From a virus (taxonomy: Duplodnaviria; Caudoviricetes): a stretch of DNA of 64,000 nt. This document shows, in pieces, positions 41,726 through 50,755 of the stretch. The position numbers and the translations under genes were made by a program. The DNA lies in IMG/VR virus record IMGVR_UViG_3300044712_000786, positions 32,001 to 96,000 of that record. One strand, 5' to 3'. The notes beneath the pieces are model-generated. The model was not told the origin of the DNA and made no database searches. It was given only the letters and a program-made list of their open reading frames with translations. Within the stretch, counting starts at the first letter, position 1. Every line of letters begins with the position of its first letter.

Positions 41726-43714
41726 ATGAATGAAGATGTCAAATTTTCTGATACGGGCGAAGCTCACCTTCACCCTAATACAGACTGCCCTTATGCTGGA
41801 GACTGTCTAGTGGAAATAACCGATGGCCAAGAAAAATATGTCTATTGCGAGGGGTGCGATAAGACTTGGAACGTAAAAGAACTTAAAACTATATGAGACC
41901 AGTCCATAACTCAATTGTCTTCTTTAATAGAACTCTTTATAGACAATACCCAATGACCTTCGATTGCCGCAAAATTCTTAACGAACATATGGAATCTAAA
42001 GTAATCCCCCTACATAATAGGTTTGACAAAGAGGGATTTTTACAACTACCTAATTATGGGAAATTGTCTGGGATTTTTGAAAATAAGCTATGAAACAACA
42101 ACGCTCTCGCATTTTTCCAGAAGTGTTTGATATAGTAGGAGGTAATCGAAACTACGCGTTAATCCGTAGTAATATAAGAATGCTCGTATTTAATTTTCGT
42201 TATCAGGATACAATTAATATAGCTAACAATATCATGGACACTTATAAATATGAATAAGGTTAGCCACCACTTCTTTAATCAATTTAATATAGGCGAGTTA
42301 ATGCGAATAAGGGCCTTAGCCAATCATCTTGATTTCATTGAGAGAGGATTTCCAACTTATGGTTTCGCGGCGGTTATTAAAAACAATTTAGCTCATTGTC
42401 GTTTTGTAGATTTTTGAAAAATACCTTTATGAAGAGTGTCACCCACCTTATCGATGATAACTTTTTTTCATTATTAGAAAATAATGTTCGACATAGTTGT
42501 ATCGACAATGTCCGAGTTAATATGAGGTTTCTTGTTTTTAACAGGGGTCAAAGAATGACGGACAGTATCAGTATGGTTATTTATGAAGGGTATGATTTTT
42601 GAAATATGAAATCCGTAGCTGTCCAAGTTCGCTTGCCTCATTTAGACGTTGATTGTGATTGCATGTGGGAATCTGTATACTATAACATAGAAATAAAATT
42701 AGCTCGTATAGCAAGACTAAGAGACCCGATAAGATTTGGGTTGGAAGAGATTTTTGAAAAATATGAATAGTGTCGGGTTCACATTTGATAGCTTCACAAT
42801 CCAAATGCTTTTCAGTGCTAATGTCAAATACTCTTTTGCTAACAGTAATATATTTGGGACTTTTACTCTTGCCCTGAATATAAAGCATAATTTAAAGGGT
42901 CTATATGAAGAAAATTAAACGCACTTTAGGACCCCACGGTTCCCCTCTTTCTTATCTATTATCCTATCCTCAATGGTTAATATTCGAGAACTACATGGAC
43001 AAGCATTCTTTCAGACCTAATAGAATATTCTACTTAAATCCGTGCGGTTTTCTAAAGTTTGATTATAATGCGATAGATTTTTGAAAAATAACTATGAATG
43101 AATTAGCCCCCCATTTTAATGATTTTATGACTTTCAGTATGGATATTACTGCGCCTGCAATCAACTCAAACCTTGTTTTTGATTCATATAATATGGCGTT
43201 TAATATAAAGTATGATATATGGCTAGATGATAATGTCTATGATGAAGTAAACCTAAATGAACTTTTAATGTGGGAAAATATAGACCATGATTTTTGAAAC
43301 ATGAATAGTTTAAGAGCCCCCCTTGACCATTTCATAACCGACATAATTCAACGCCAGCTAGTCTATCCCTATCCTTTTTTCTATGGCTTTGCCTCTTATG
43401 GAACGGCTGCAATCTTTCGTTTAAATCTAGCTCTACACGCTTATAACGAAATAGGAGACATCGATATATCAAGATTTGCTCCTTTGTCTCTTACCTCTAT
43501 TCCCAGTGGTTTAGACGTTGATGATTTTTGAAAAATTACTATGAATAGATTGCGCGACCATTTTCTCACCTTCGTCCATCACACTCTTATACATAAACCC
43601 ATTTCTTCCGAAGTTTCTTTCACTGGATTTATGTCTTATATGAACGCTTTGACTATTAAGGTTTCATTGTATCGATACGTAAGGAATAGAGATAAAGTAT
43701 TGTTGGATTTTTGA
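41726..43714 (+). other. Array of 11 translationally coupled micro-ORFs (51-76 aa)
   Basis: ORFs at 41726-41896, 41893-42093, 42090-42257, 42250-42417, 42429-42602, 42606-42770, 42763-42918, 42905-43084, 43094-43297, 43301-43531, 43541-43714; six end in D-F-stop. Confidence 0.7.
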
Positions 43715-43724
43715 AACTTACTGA

Positions 43725-43749
43725 ACGGGAATATACCGTCCCGTTTTTT
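43725..43749 (+). terminator. Intrinsic terminator ending the + strand block
   Basis: ACGGGA-ATATACCG-TCCCGT-TTTTT. Confidence 0.7.
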
Positions 43750-43899
43750 CTATATTAAGCGATGTTGTTCCCTAGCGGGAATATTAAGCGAGATTTTTGA
43801 AAAGTTTATTAAAATGTCTTTTTTGGTGCAACATATGAGAGTATACGTAAATACATATATTTATGTATAGATTTTTGAAAATATCTAGTTTAGTGAAAA

Positions 43900-44000
43900 G
43901 GGGTGGAGTGAAGTCAAGCACCCCCCCCGCCCATATAAATTTCGCTAATGGGCATTTTTTCAAAAACACCCCCCCTACTGGCCCCTCCCCCGTCATTAGA
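43900..44000. other. Non-coding C-tract island at the convergence of + and - transcription
   Basis: Homopolymer C tracts near 43920, 43969 and 43983, an inverted TTTTTGAAA at 43958-43966, flanked by opposing terminators. Confidence 0.6.
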
Positions 44001-44016
44001 CAAACTAATATTTGAA

Positions 44017-44045
44017 TTAAAAAAAAGGGAGCATAAGCTCCCATA
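44017..44045 (-). terminator. Intrinsic terminator
   Basis: GGGAGC-TTAT-GCTCCC then T run on the - strand. Confidence 0.7.
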
Positions 44046-44046
44046 A

Positions 44047-44253
44047 TTAGCACACTCGCGCATCACATACCCTTACAGTATGACCCAAGCTATTAATGAA
44101 GCTGATATGTTCGCCCCGCTCATTAGTCACAAGGCCGATGGCCTTTTCGCATAAGGCTTGCTCATTACGTTCGCGCAACTTGCGCGTGCTAATGTAACGT
44201 TGGCTACGTTGTTTGGCTATTACGTTTCCTTGTGCATCGCGTACGATAATCAT
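44047..44253 (-). CDS. Hypothetical early protein
   Basis: ORF with A-rich leader and terminator. Confidence 0.55.
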   Translation of the reverse strand: MIIVRDAQGNVIAKQRSQRYISTRKLRERNEQALCEKAIGLVTNERGEHISFINSLGHTVRVCDARVC

Positions 44254-44398
44254 ATTTTATTCTTTCGTTTTAGGGGACATTGGTTTTTCTAACATGGCAA
44301 GGGCAAGGCAGGCTTGCCACAAGTTGAACTTCTTAGTGCGCTTTCGAGATTTCATGGGCTAATATGGCAATGGTTGTCAGTAGTAGGATTGTCATAGC

Positions 44399-44833
44399 TT
44401 ATTCTTGATGGCCATCCCAGCTACCATGAGGGGAACCCATAGACAAGGCATCGCACAAGGCGGCATTAGCTGAGATAACATGGCATTTCTCCGCACTGTC
44501 AAACATCGATTTCGCCATGTCGATTGCTTCCTGCCATAGCTTGCCCCGCATACGCACGTAATCCCCTTTGCCGTTAAGGATACGCAATTGGGCAAGGTTG
44601 AATAATCCCCTTTGCAGCTTGGCAAGGGTAGTAGAGACATAGAAGAAAGCACCAGCATCGCACATGGTCTCAGCGGAATGTGCGTTGACATTCCACAATG
44701 TCATGAAAGCGCCCTGTGCCTGCTCTTCACTGCCATCAAATATGATATAAACTGAGGTGCCATTCAGTTGCACCTTGATAGGACAATTCGCGATTACTAA
44801 CATATCTTGCCTTTCGTTAATGTTGGTTGCCAC
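44399..44833 (-). CDS. Hypothetical early protein (GTG start)
   Basis: ORF; variant promoter TAGACT-16-TAATCT 7 nt upstream. Confidence 0.55.
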   Translation of the reverse strand: MATNINERQDMLVIANCPIKVQLNGTSVYIIFDGSEEQAQGAFMTLWNVNAHSAETMCDAGAFFYVSTTLAKLQRGLFNLAQLRILNGKGDYVRMRGKLWQEAIDMAKSMFDSAEKCHVISANAALCDALSMGSPHGSWDGHQE

Positions 44834-45070
44834 TGGTAAAAGATTATCACACCTAGTAGAGAAGTCTAGACCTTAGTTGTAAGTAGTTAATAATCAATAT
44901 AATCCAGTTACTAGAAAAAACGGCCCAGTTAGTAAATATGGTTAAGTGGCTTACTAGCAAGGGTATAGGTTGACAAATGCAAGTTAAGGCTAGCTCATAG
45001 TATGCATAAGCGCAACTCACGCTTCCTAGGCTGCTCTATAGTGCATCGCACGCTTGACCCCTTGTCCTGC

Positions 45071-45103
45071 CCTTGCCTAGCCTTGCCTAGGCTAGCCTTG
45101 CCT
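45071..45103 (+). repeat. CCTTGCCTA(G) tandem repeats
   Basis: ccttgcctag ccttgcctag gctag ccttgccta. Confidence 0.7.
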
Positions 45104-45144
45104 ATACTGCGCTTATTTCCGCCCTCTTGTATTTCGCTAAGTAC

Positions 45145-45175
45145 AAAAAAAACGGGGGATATTATCCCCCGTGTG
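45145..45175 (-). terminator. Intrinsic terminator after ardC
   Basis: ACGGGGGATA-ATATCCCCCGT hairpin then T run. Confidence 0.75.
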
Positions 45176-46021
45176 TTATGCTGCCATCGCTTCTTCTGTT
45201 ACTGCCTGCTCTGCTTTGTTCTCACCTAGCAACCAGTCAACGCGCTTTTGTGCCTGCCCTGCTGCTGCTATAACTAGCTTAGTATCACTACCTAACCTGC
45301 TCGCCCATCCCCTAATGTATGCAACAGAGTTATTATAGACATTGCTTGCATCTATGCCTAGGCGAGCTAAGAGCATATTAGCTCCAATCTCAGCAACTAG
45401 CTCTTCTTTGCTATACTCTTCTCCCACTCCTACAGTATCCTTGCCATCGACAAGCTTGCCAGTCCAGTGAATCAATTCATGCGCGAGCGTAGTCCAGTAA
45501 CCCTCATTAGTAGCAAACTGTTCTTTATTAGGCATTTGCACGTAATGCTCGCTAGGCATATAATACGCACGATTGCCACCATGCCGCAAGTCAACATTAT
45601 GCTTGCTAATAACGTCCATTAGGTTAGTGTCAACCACTACGTTCTTAACCTCAGGCAGCTTAAAGCCATGATTCTCAACATCATCAAGAGAGAATACGTT
45701 GTAGTAACGTAGCATAGCCCAACTTCTCTCTAGCGTGCTGCCATCACTACCCTTAACAGCGTCAAATTTCTTCCAAAAGCAGATAGGATAAGCCTTGCTT
45801 CCCTTCTTAATGTAGCCACCACGTTCTTTGATTTGATTGAACGTAGCAAACCACTGGCCTTTACCTACTAAGGACAACAGAAGGAGGTTAATGCCACGAT
45901 ACTGCTTTTGGGTTAGTGCGTTCTTAGGCCATACCATAGTCCAATCACGTTGCCAAGGCAAGGTCGAACTATCAGTAATGTCTTGTACGATTTTCGAAGT
46001 AATAATGTCGTAAACGTTCAT
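45176..46021 (-). CDS. ardC: ArdC-family antirestriction protein (ssDNA-binding domain plus zincin domain)
   Basis: LPWQRDW...NALTQKQYRGINLLLL...ATFNQIKERGGYIKKGSK...RYYNVF; AYYMPSEHYVQMP...LAHELIHWTG...YSKEELVAEIGA. Confidence 0.9.
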   Translation of the reverse strand: MNVYDIITSKIVQDITDSSTLPWQRDWTMVWPKNALTQKQYRGINLLLLSLVGKGQWFATFNQIKERGGYIKKGSKAYPICFWKKFDAVKGSDGSTLERSWAMLRYYNVFSLDDVENHGFKLPEVKNVVVDTNLMDVISKHNVDLRHGGNRAYYMPSEHYVQMPNKEQFATNEGYWTTLAHELIHWTGKLVDGKDTVGVGEEYSKEELVAEIGANMLLARLGIDASNVYNNSVAYIRGWASRLGSDTKLVIAAAGQAQKRVDWLLGENKAEQAVTEEAMAA

Positions 46022-46235
46022 AAGCTTATAATAGGCGTTCTTTTTGAGAAGTCAACATCTATCTTTGAGTTAGTAAGTGTTGACTAACTAAAAATAGCTG
46101 TTAGTATGTGGTTAGTCAAAGACGACCACCGCTAGGGGGAATGGTAATAGGGGCGGAGCCTGCTCTGATTTTAATTAATAAAATTAGGGGTAGGTGAGTG
46201 GCTTTGTCACGCTAAAAAAGGGGAAAGCCCCCGTG

Positions 46236-46373
46236 CTAAGGTCCAATGTCACGTAATACTTCTGACATGAATATGTCAAGCCACTCGTTATACTCGGCTT
46301 GCTCTTCTGGCGTCATTTGAGCAAAGCGCGAAGTTTCGTCCTGTGCGTCGATTGTTGCGAAGTCGTTTTCCAT
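46236..46373 (-). CDS. 45-aa acidic peptide (not in ORF track)
   Basis: Own promoter with ATG at +1; 12 D/E versus 2 R. Confidence 0.65.
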   Translation of the reverse strand: MENDFATIDAQDETSRFAQMTPEEQAEYNEWLDIFMSEVLRDIGP

Positions 46374-46403
46374 AATCAGAGAATATAGAATCTTTTTAGG
46401 AAG

Positions 46404-46568
46404 TCAAGCTCTTTCAAGCTCGCCGCTCCAAAACTCAATTACCTTGTCGCCCACTCGAACAAAGTAAACAAAGTAATGATACCATTCTTCTACCCTTTCA
46501 ACTACACCATAAGACTCTAAAGAAGGGATTACTACTTCCTGCCCGACTTTGAATTTTGGCTCATTCAT
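46404..46568 (-). CDS. 54-aa SH3/KOW-like small protein (not in ORF track)
   Basis: MNEPKFKVGQEVV...YGVVERV; own promoter. Confidence 0.65.
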   Translation of the reverse strand: MNEPKFKVGQEVVIPSLESYGVVERVEEWYHYFVYFVRVGDKVIEFWSGELERA

Positions 46569-46598
46569 AAGCTAAGAATAGCAAATCTTTTTAAATTG

Positions 46599-46802
46599 TC
46601 AAGCCCCCTCTTTTTTGACTTGTACTTTCCATCCGTGAATATGGGCTAACTCATACAGTAGTTCGCGGAATCCCCAATGGCACGCGCCCGATGGAAACAG
46701 ATGATAAAACGCATACTCTTGAGTCAGGTCTATTCCCCCAAGATGAGACGCATTATCAGAAACTAAGTAGTCTCCCTTCTCTTTAACCTTGAGTATAAAC
46801 AT
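46599..46802 (-). CDS. Hypothetical early protein
   Basis: Coupled to the upstream ORF. Confidence 0.5.
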   Translation of the reverse strand: MFILKVKEKGDYLVSDNASHLGGIDLTQEYAFYHLFPSGACHWGFRELLYELAHIHGWKVQVKKEGA

Positions 46803-46988
46803 TTATTCCCCGCAATCTTGTTTGAATTGTTCTACTCCTTCCGCGTATCCCGCCCAATAATCATCTTGGGGAGTATCAGAATCTTGCATGTTCTGTTTAG
46901 CTACGCAATATTCCCCCGCCCATGTATACCCTTTTTGCTCCGCTGTTTTGTAGCCGCTATTAAAACCGCTTTTGTAATCGCTTTTCAT
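46803..46988 (-). CDS. Hypothetical early protein
   Basis: Own leaderless promoter. Confidence 0.65.
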   Translation of the reverse strand: MKSDYKSGFNSGYKTAEQKGYTWAGEYCVAKQNMQDSDTPQDDYWAGYAEGVEQFKQDCGE

Positions 46989-47029
46989 AGTTGAATAATA
47001 GACGGTCTTTTTAAGAAGTCAAGCTTTAG

Positions 47030-47295
47030 AAAAGCGGGAGACTTTGGCAGCGTATCCAAAGTCCCCCGTAAACCCCTAATAGTCATGCATTTATCCCTTT
47101 TCATGCACCGCCGCGTCTTTTGTAGGTAGCACCCATTAATTCATTCCCTGCTACTTTCGGGTATATCCCCCAATATACATTGTGAGTCACGCGGTCTTTG
47201 TGCTCACACCCCGCTTTCTAGTTCCTACTGGGCCTCTTTTCGAGCGAGGAAACGCGCCAGTCACGGGAACTTACTTTTGGTGGGTCTTTGTTCAT
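47030..47295 (-). ncRNA. Candidate structured RNA A (5' part could encode a 25-aa peptide)
   Basis: Promoter (-35 47324-47329, -10 47302-47307), several hairpins, strong terminator 47030-47068. Confidence 0.4.
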
Positions 47296-47334
47296 ATTCA
47301 AATATTATCAGTCTTTTTTGAATTGTCAATACTT

Positions 47335-47580
47335 TCAACCGATAATCAAAAACTTTTTCTTGGCAATGTGCGCAATGTTATCTAACTCATTCATATCCCA
47401 GCCATCACCGAAAATGTATTGGCATTGCCAGCGAATTAACTTAGCTACTACTTCCAAAGTCACATAAACAGGCTTAAAGTCAGGCAAGCCGCAACCATAG
47501 ACAGTGGAATCATCCACATTAGTAAGGTCTTTGTTGCTCTTGGCGATTTCGAACGCTTGCTTGAATTCGGCTTTTGTCAT
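47335..47580 (-). CDS. Hypothetical early protein
   Basis: Own leaderless promoter. Confidence 0.7.
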   Translation of the reverse strand: MTKAEFKQAFEIAKSNKDLTNVDDSTVYGCGLPDFKPVYVTLEVVAKLIRWQCQYIFGDGWDMNELDNIAHIAKKKFLIIG

Positions 47581-47634
47581 AATCAGATAATACGCAATCT
47601 TTTTAAAACGTCAAGCCCTTTGTTTACGCAAAAC

Positions 47635-47799
47635 TTAGTACCTATAATTAAAACAATAACGGCCTTGTCTTTTTTTGCGGATTGCGTTTTGCTTTTTAGT
47701 AAATCTTCCTTTCCATGGATAGCATTTTAAGCAAACCCAAGAGCCATGCAAACAATAGTTAGCTAGACAATTACAGTTTGTGCAGTGGGGCTTATTCAT
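47635..47799 (-). CDS. 54-aa basic Cys-rich peptide
   Basis: MNKPHCTNC...WVCLKC...K/R-rich tail; ATG overlaps the upstream stop. Confidence 0.55.
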   Translation of the reverse strand: MNKPHCTNCNCLANYCLHGSWVCLKCYPWKGRFTKKQNAIRKKRQGRYCFNYRY

Positions 47800-47932
47800 C
47801 GCATAAGTTATGCTCATAGTCTTCATCAGTTCCCATTCCCGCACTGGCCATGGCAGAATCAAAGTCGCCGTCCATATCATCAGGCAACTCGGTTTGAGAC
47901 TCGTAATAACTATCGATATATTCGTCTTCCAT
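47792..47932 (-). CDS. 46-aa highly acidic peptide (not in ORF track)
   Basis: Own promoter; 17 D/E and no K/R; DGDFDSAMASAGMGTDEDY. Confidence 0.75.
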   Translation of the reverse strand: MEDEYIDSYYESQTELPDDMDGDFDSAMASAGMGTDEDYEHNLCDE

Positions 47933-48008
47933 AACCAAATAATAGCGAATCTTTTTAAAATGTCAAGCCAATCCAAACAAAAAAAGAGAGGGGCTTTCGC
48001 CCCCCGTG

Positions 48009-48545
48009 CTACTCGATTACCATTGTATCCCCATCCATTCGAACACTTTGCAGAGTCTCACCGCTCAAAACAAACTCGCGCACACGATTAATGGGCAACT
48101 TATCCCGCAAGTTATTCTTTTCTACAGTCAACGGGCGACTTTTGACTTCCTTGTATTCGCCCTTTTCGATTACAACTTTAGTATGGGCCAAACCCATCAC
48201 GTTAATGCAACCCGTTGAAATGCAATACTTTAGTCCATTTGCAATCTGAATGTATGCATCCGCTTTGGTGTAAGCGGGATTATAAGTCCCGTTCTTGATT
48301 GCTTCTCTGCTGTTCAAGAGCGAATCATAGACTTCCTGCCAAGCTTGCAACTGTAAAGCACCAACCATAGCAGGCTTAAGCAATTCCATTTCAGTGATGC
48401 TAGCCTCTATCTGTTTTGCATAGCTTGCGCCCAAAATCAGAGTATGACGGGCGACTTCTCCCGTTCCCTTAGCTTTGTAGGTAAAGGACACAAACTGAGC
48501 TTTACCCGCGTTCTGTCGAATAGACTCGATGATGTCGTGTAGCAT
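48009..48545 (-). CDS. Hypothetical early protein
   Basis: Own promoter and downstream terminator (47985-48008). Confidence 0.75.
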   Translation of the reverse strand: MLHDIIESIRQNAGKAQFVSFTYKAKGTGEVARHTLILGASYAKQIEASITEMELLKPAMVGALQLQAWQEVYDSLLNSREAIKNGTYNPAYTKADAYIQIANGLKYCISTGCINVMGLAHTKVVIEKGEYKEVKSRPLTVEKNNLRDKLPINRVREFVLSGETLQSVRMDGDTMVIE

Positions 48546-48597
48546 ACCTAAATAATACAGAGTCTTTTTAAAATGTCAACTGTTTTGAACAAGTTCG

Positions 48598-48777
48598 TCA
48601 ACACTCAACTTGAACTATTGTTTTAATAACTAAACGACAATTACGATTAGGAAAACACTTAGCCCATACGCGAAACTGTTCTTTAGCTTCTTTTTCGCCT
48701 GTATGGACGGGTAACCCGATAGAATCGTAATAACCGCCATTTGGAGCTTGTTCCTGAATCCAATATTGATGTTCCAT
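48598..48777 (-). CDS. 59-aa hypothetical protein (not in ORF track)
   Basis: MEHQYWIQEQAPNGG...; coupled to the upstream ORF. Confidence 0.5.
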   Translation of the reverse strand: MEHQYWIQEQAPNGGYYDSIGLPVHTGEKEAKEQFRVWAKCFPNRNCRLVIKTIVQVEC

Positions 48778-48947
48778 TATATTGCCTCCGAAGCGTGAAG
48801 AGATTCAATCATGTTCTCTTTATTCCAGCCGCAATTGTCGCAGCCCATCACCCAAGCACAAGCGTCAATCTGTTCTTGCGTCATGGTTGAAATTGCTTGG
48901 CGCATATTAGCGAAAAATTGTTCCCTTGTTAGCAGCTTTTTGTTCAT
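48777..48947 (-). CDS. 56-aa hypothetical protein (not in ORF track)
   Basis: Own leaderless promoter. Confidence 0.6.
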   Translation of the reverse strand: MNKKLLTREQFFANMRQAISTMTQEQIDACAWVMGCDNCGWNKENMIESLHASEAI

Positions 48948-48977
48948 GTCCTAATACTAAAGGATTTTTTTAAATTG

Positions 48978-49178
48978 TCAACATTCCCTTGCATCAACGT
49001 ATAGAATCAAGTCAAGGACAATTTGAGTGATTCTCTGGGGATACCGGATTTTGCGCCACAATAATTGATAACGCGGCTTGCGAGTTTTGATGTATTTTTC
49101 CCCCGCCCATTTGTTAATGTAATTTATTAATCTGTAACCACATGGATACAGATAGAGGAACCGAATGAGTTTTATCAT
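48978..49178 (-). CDS. Hypothetical basic protein
   Basis: Start re-assigned from TTGCCC-16-TATAAT-7-ATG. Confidence 0.5.
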   Translation of the reverse strand: MIKLIRFLYLYPCGYRLINYINKWAGEKYIKTRKPRYQLLWRKIRYPQRITQIVLDLILYVDAREC

Positions 49179-49219
49179 CGCCCTTATTATACAATAAATT
49201 GTCAAAAGGGCAAGCTAAT

Positions 49220-49366
49220 TCAGATAGTATCAGTCTTTTTTGAATTGTCAATATCTGCTTTAGCCGCTCGCCTTTCGGCTTTAGCCACCTTGCGCTTATT
49301 GTAAGGCCGAAGATGTTTCCACCACTCGGGAGATTTTGTCAGGGTGTCTTTTCTTTTGTGCGCCAT
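49220..49366 (-). CDS. 48-aa basic peptide (not in ORF track)
   Basis: MAHKRKD...EWWKHLRPYNKRKVAKAERR; own promoter. Confidence 0.65.
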   Translation of the reverse strand: MAHKRKDTLTKSPEWWKHLRPYNKRKVAKAERRAAKADIDNSKKTDTI

Positions 49367-49388
49367 ATTTGAATAATATGAAATCTTT

Positions 49389-49619
49389 TTAAGATGTCAA
49401 TTCTTTTGCGCGTTGGATAATCTTTTCCCTTATCTCTAAACCATTCTCCTTATATTGTCTGGGCGACTCATCCACAGCTTGTAATACTGCTCTATAGCAA
49501 CATTCCCCGAATAGTCCTAAGCTTTCGCCCCGCCTATCATTGACGGGCATAATCCCGCCCCATCCCTTTTTGTTCGTCCTATCTACTCCACATAAAGAAC
49601 AAATTCTTTTGATGTCCAT
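49389..49619 (-). CDS. Small Cys-containing protein
   Basis: CSLCG...ECC; coupled ORF. Confidence 0.55.
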   Translation of the reverse strand: MDIKRICSLCGVDRTNKKGWGGIMPVNDRRGESLGLFGECCYRAVLQAVDESPRQYKENGLEIREKIIQRAKELTS

Positions 49620-49624
49620 AACGA

Positions 49625-49945
49625 TTACTTAAGCCCATAATAATAATCTTCCTTAGGCAAGCGAGCGTTCTTAGAGACAAAGCTAATAAAGTCGCCCCAA
49701 TTCTCCACAGCCCACTTAGCATCAGCTAGGCGCATAATGCTTTCGCCTTCCCTAGTTGCCTCGCGCAACTCCTTAATAGCCATAATCTTCTGGTCTGAAG
49801 TAAAGCGATATTTCTCTACTGCCCCTTTCAGCTTATTAACCAAATCAGCAGAAACGATGATGTTTACTTCGTCAATGGTTGTGCCCAATTGATTAGACAG
49901 CAAGCCAAGCAATTCAGAGTAAGTAAGAGTAAGTCGCAATTTCAT
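49625..49945 (-). CDS. Small protein with ribosomal L7/L12-C-terminal-like motif
   Basis: KIMAIKELREAT...LADAKWAVE; start set by promoter geometry. Confidence 0.5.
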   Translation of the reverse strand: MKLRLTLTYSELLGLLSNQLGTTIDEVNIIVSADLVNKLKGAVEKYRFTSDQKIMAIKELREATREGESIMRLADAKWAVENWGDFISFVSKNARLPKEDYYYGLK

Positions 49946-49990
49946 AATCAAATACTAGCAAGTCTTTTCTAATTGTCAACACCTAACATC

Positions 49991-50197
49991 TTATATGCTA
50001 ACTTGAACAATAAATTCCCCCGTGGAAATAGAGCAGTAATTCCCAATCATATCCGCTCTAATAAGTTGTTCTACTTCCCTGCGGTCACTATCGGTATTAC
50101 CTTTACCCTCAACTCTATTGCGTAAACTATCTTCTGTTTCACCTGAATGGACTATCTTGTTTCCAATTGTGAATAAGTAAATGTATTTGCGTTTCAT
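49991..50197 (-). CDS. Hypothetical early protein
   Basis: ATGA overlap with the upstream ORF. Confidence 0.5.
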   Translation of the reverse strand: MKRKYIYLFTIGNKIVHSGETEDSLRNRVEGKGNTDSDRREVEQLIRADMIGNYCSISTGEFIVQVSI

Positions 50198-50505
50198 ACC
50201 AGTTCGATGTTAAGAGTATAGCAGATGCATGATGCAAGGTCAGAGCCATTTTCGAGTAAGCGCCTGATTAGCACGGGCATACTCTCAGGGGAGATAAGAC
50301 AAATCAGCTTTGCGCCATCATCTTGAAACTTATCGCCCCGCTCGGGGACAAAGCACGCTTCTAAGTGGCTATCAATCCCCTGATTAACCGCTTTCATGCA
50401 GTCTGTTCTATCGACCCCCGCTAAAGACATCAGATAAGGCTCTGTCATAGCTTCTTTAACCGCCTTGCCTAGTTCCTCACTCCACATTGCGCTAAATCGT
50501 TTCAT
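50194..50505 (-). CDS. Hypothetical early protein
   Basis: Own leaderless promoter. Confidence 0.7.
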   Translation of the reverse strand: MKRFSAMWSEELGKAVKEAMTEPYLMSLAGVDRTDCMKAVNQGIDSHLEACFVPERGDKFQDDGAKLICLISPESMPVLIRRLLENGSDLASCICYTLNIELV

Positions 50506-50527
50506 ATCTCTATAATAGAGAATCTTT

Positions 50528-50755
50528 TTAAGATGTCAAGAGCGTCTTTTCTACTATATGCCAATGCTCACCTAGAAAGCGCTGAGCTTGCTTCTTAGTA
50601 ATCTTCTTAGCGAAGCCATGGCCCATTTCTTTTTTCTGCCAGTTACAGGCTCCCGGCAGTCCGCTTTTGAAGAAACTACGCCCCCAAACTGATTTATCAG
50701 GGAAAACGAAGATTCGGGGGGTTTGTGTGCCGTATGTTATTTTGTAGTATGTCAT
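50528..50755 (-). CDS. Hypothetical early protein
   Basis: Coupled ORF. Confidence 0.55.
   Translation of the reverse strand: MTYYKITYGTQTPRIFVFPDKSVWGRSFFKSGLPGACNWQKKEMGHGFAKKITKKQAQRFLGEHWHIVEKTLLTS

Larger units (their letters stand above)
41707..43881 (+). repeat. Eleven co-oriented GATTTTTGAAA copies
   Basis: Starts at 41707, 42072, 42409, 42594, 42749, 43076, 43289, 43523, 43706, 43792, 43870. Confidence 0.9.

Noticed and set aside
41707-43881. GATTTTTGAAA repeats as a CRISPR array or integron attC array
   Set aside because: Repeats are only 11-12 bp, gaps vary from 78 to 365 nt, there is no attC-like hairpin, and no cas or integrase gene is present.
47800-47976. N-terminal half of the track ORF 47635..47976
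   Set aside because: Promoter geometry supports a different frame (acidic peptide 47792..47932) followed by a separate ORF starting at 47799.
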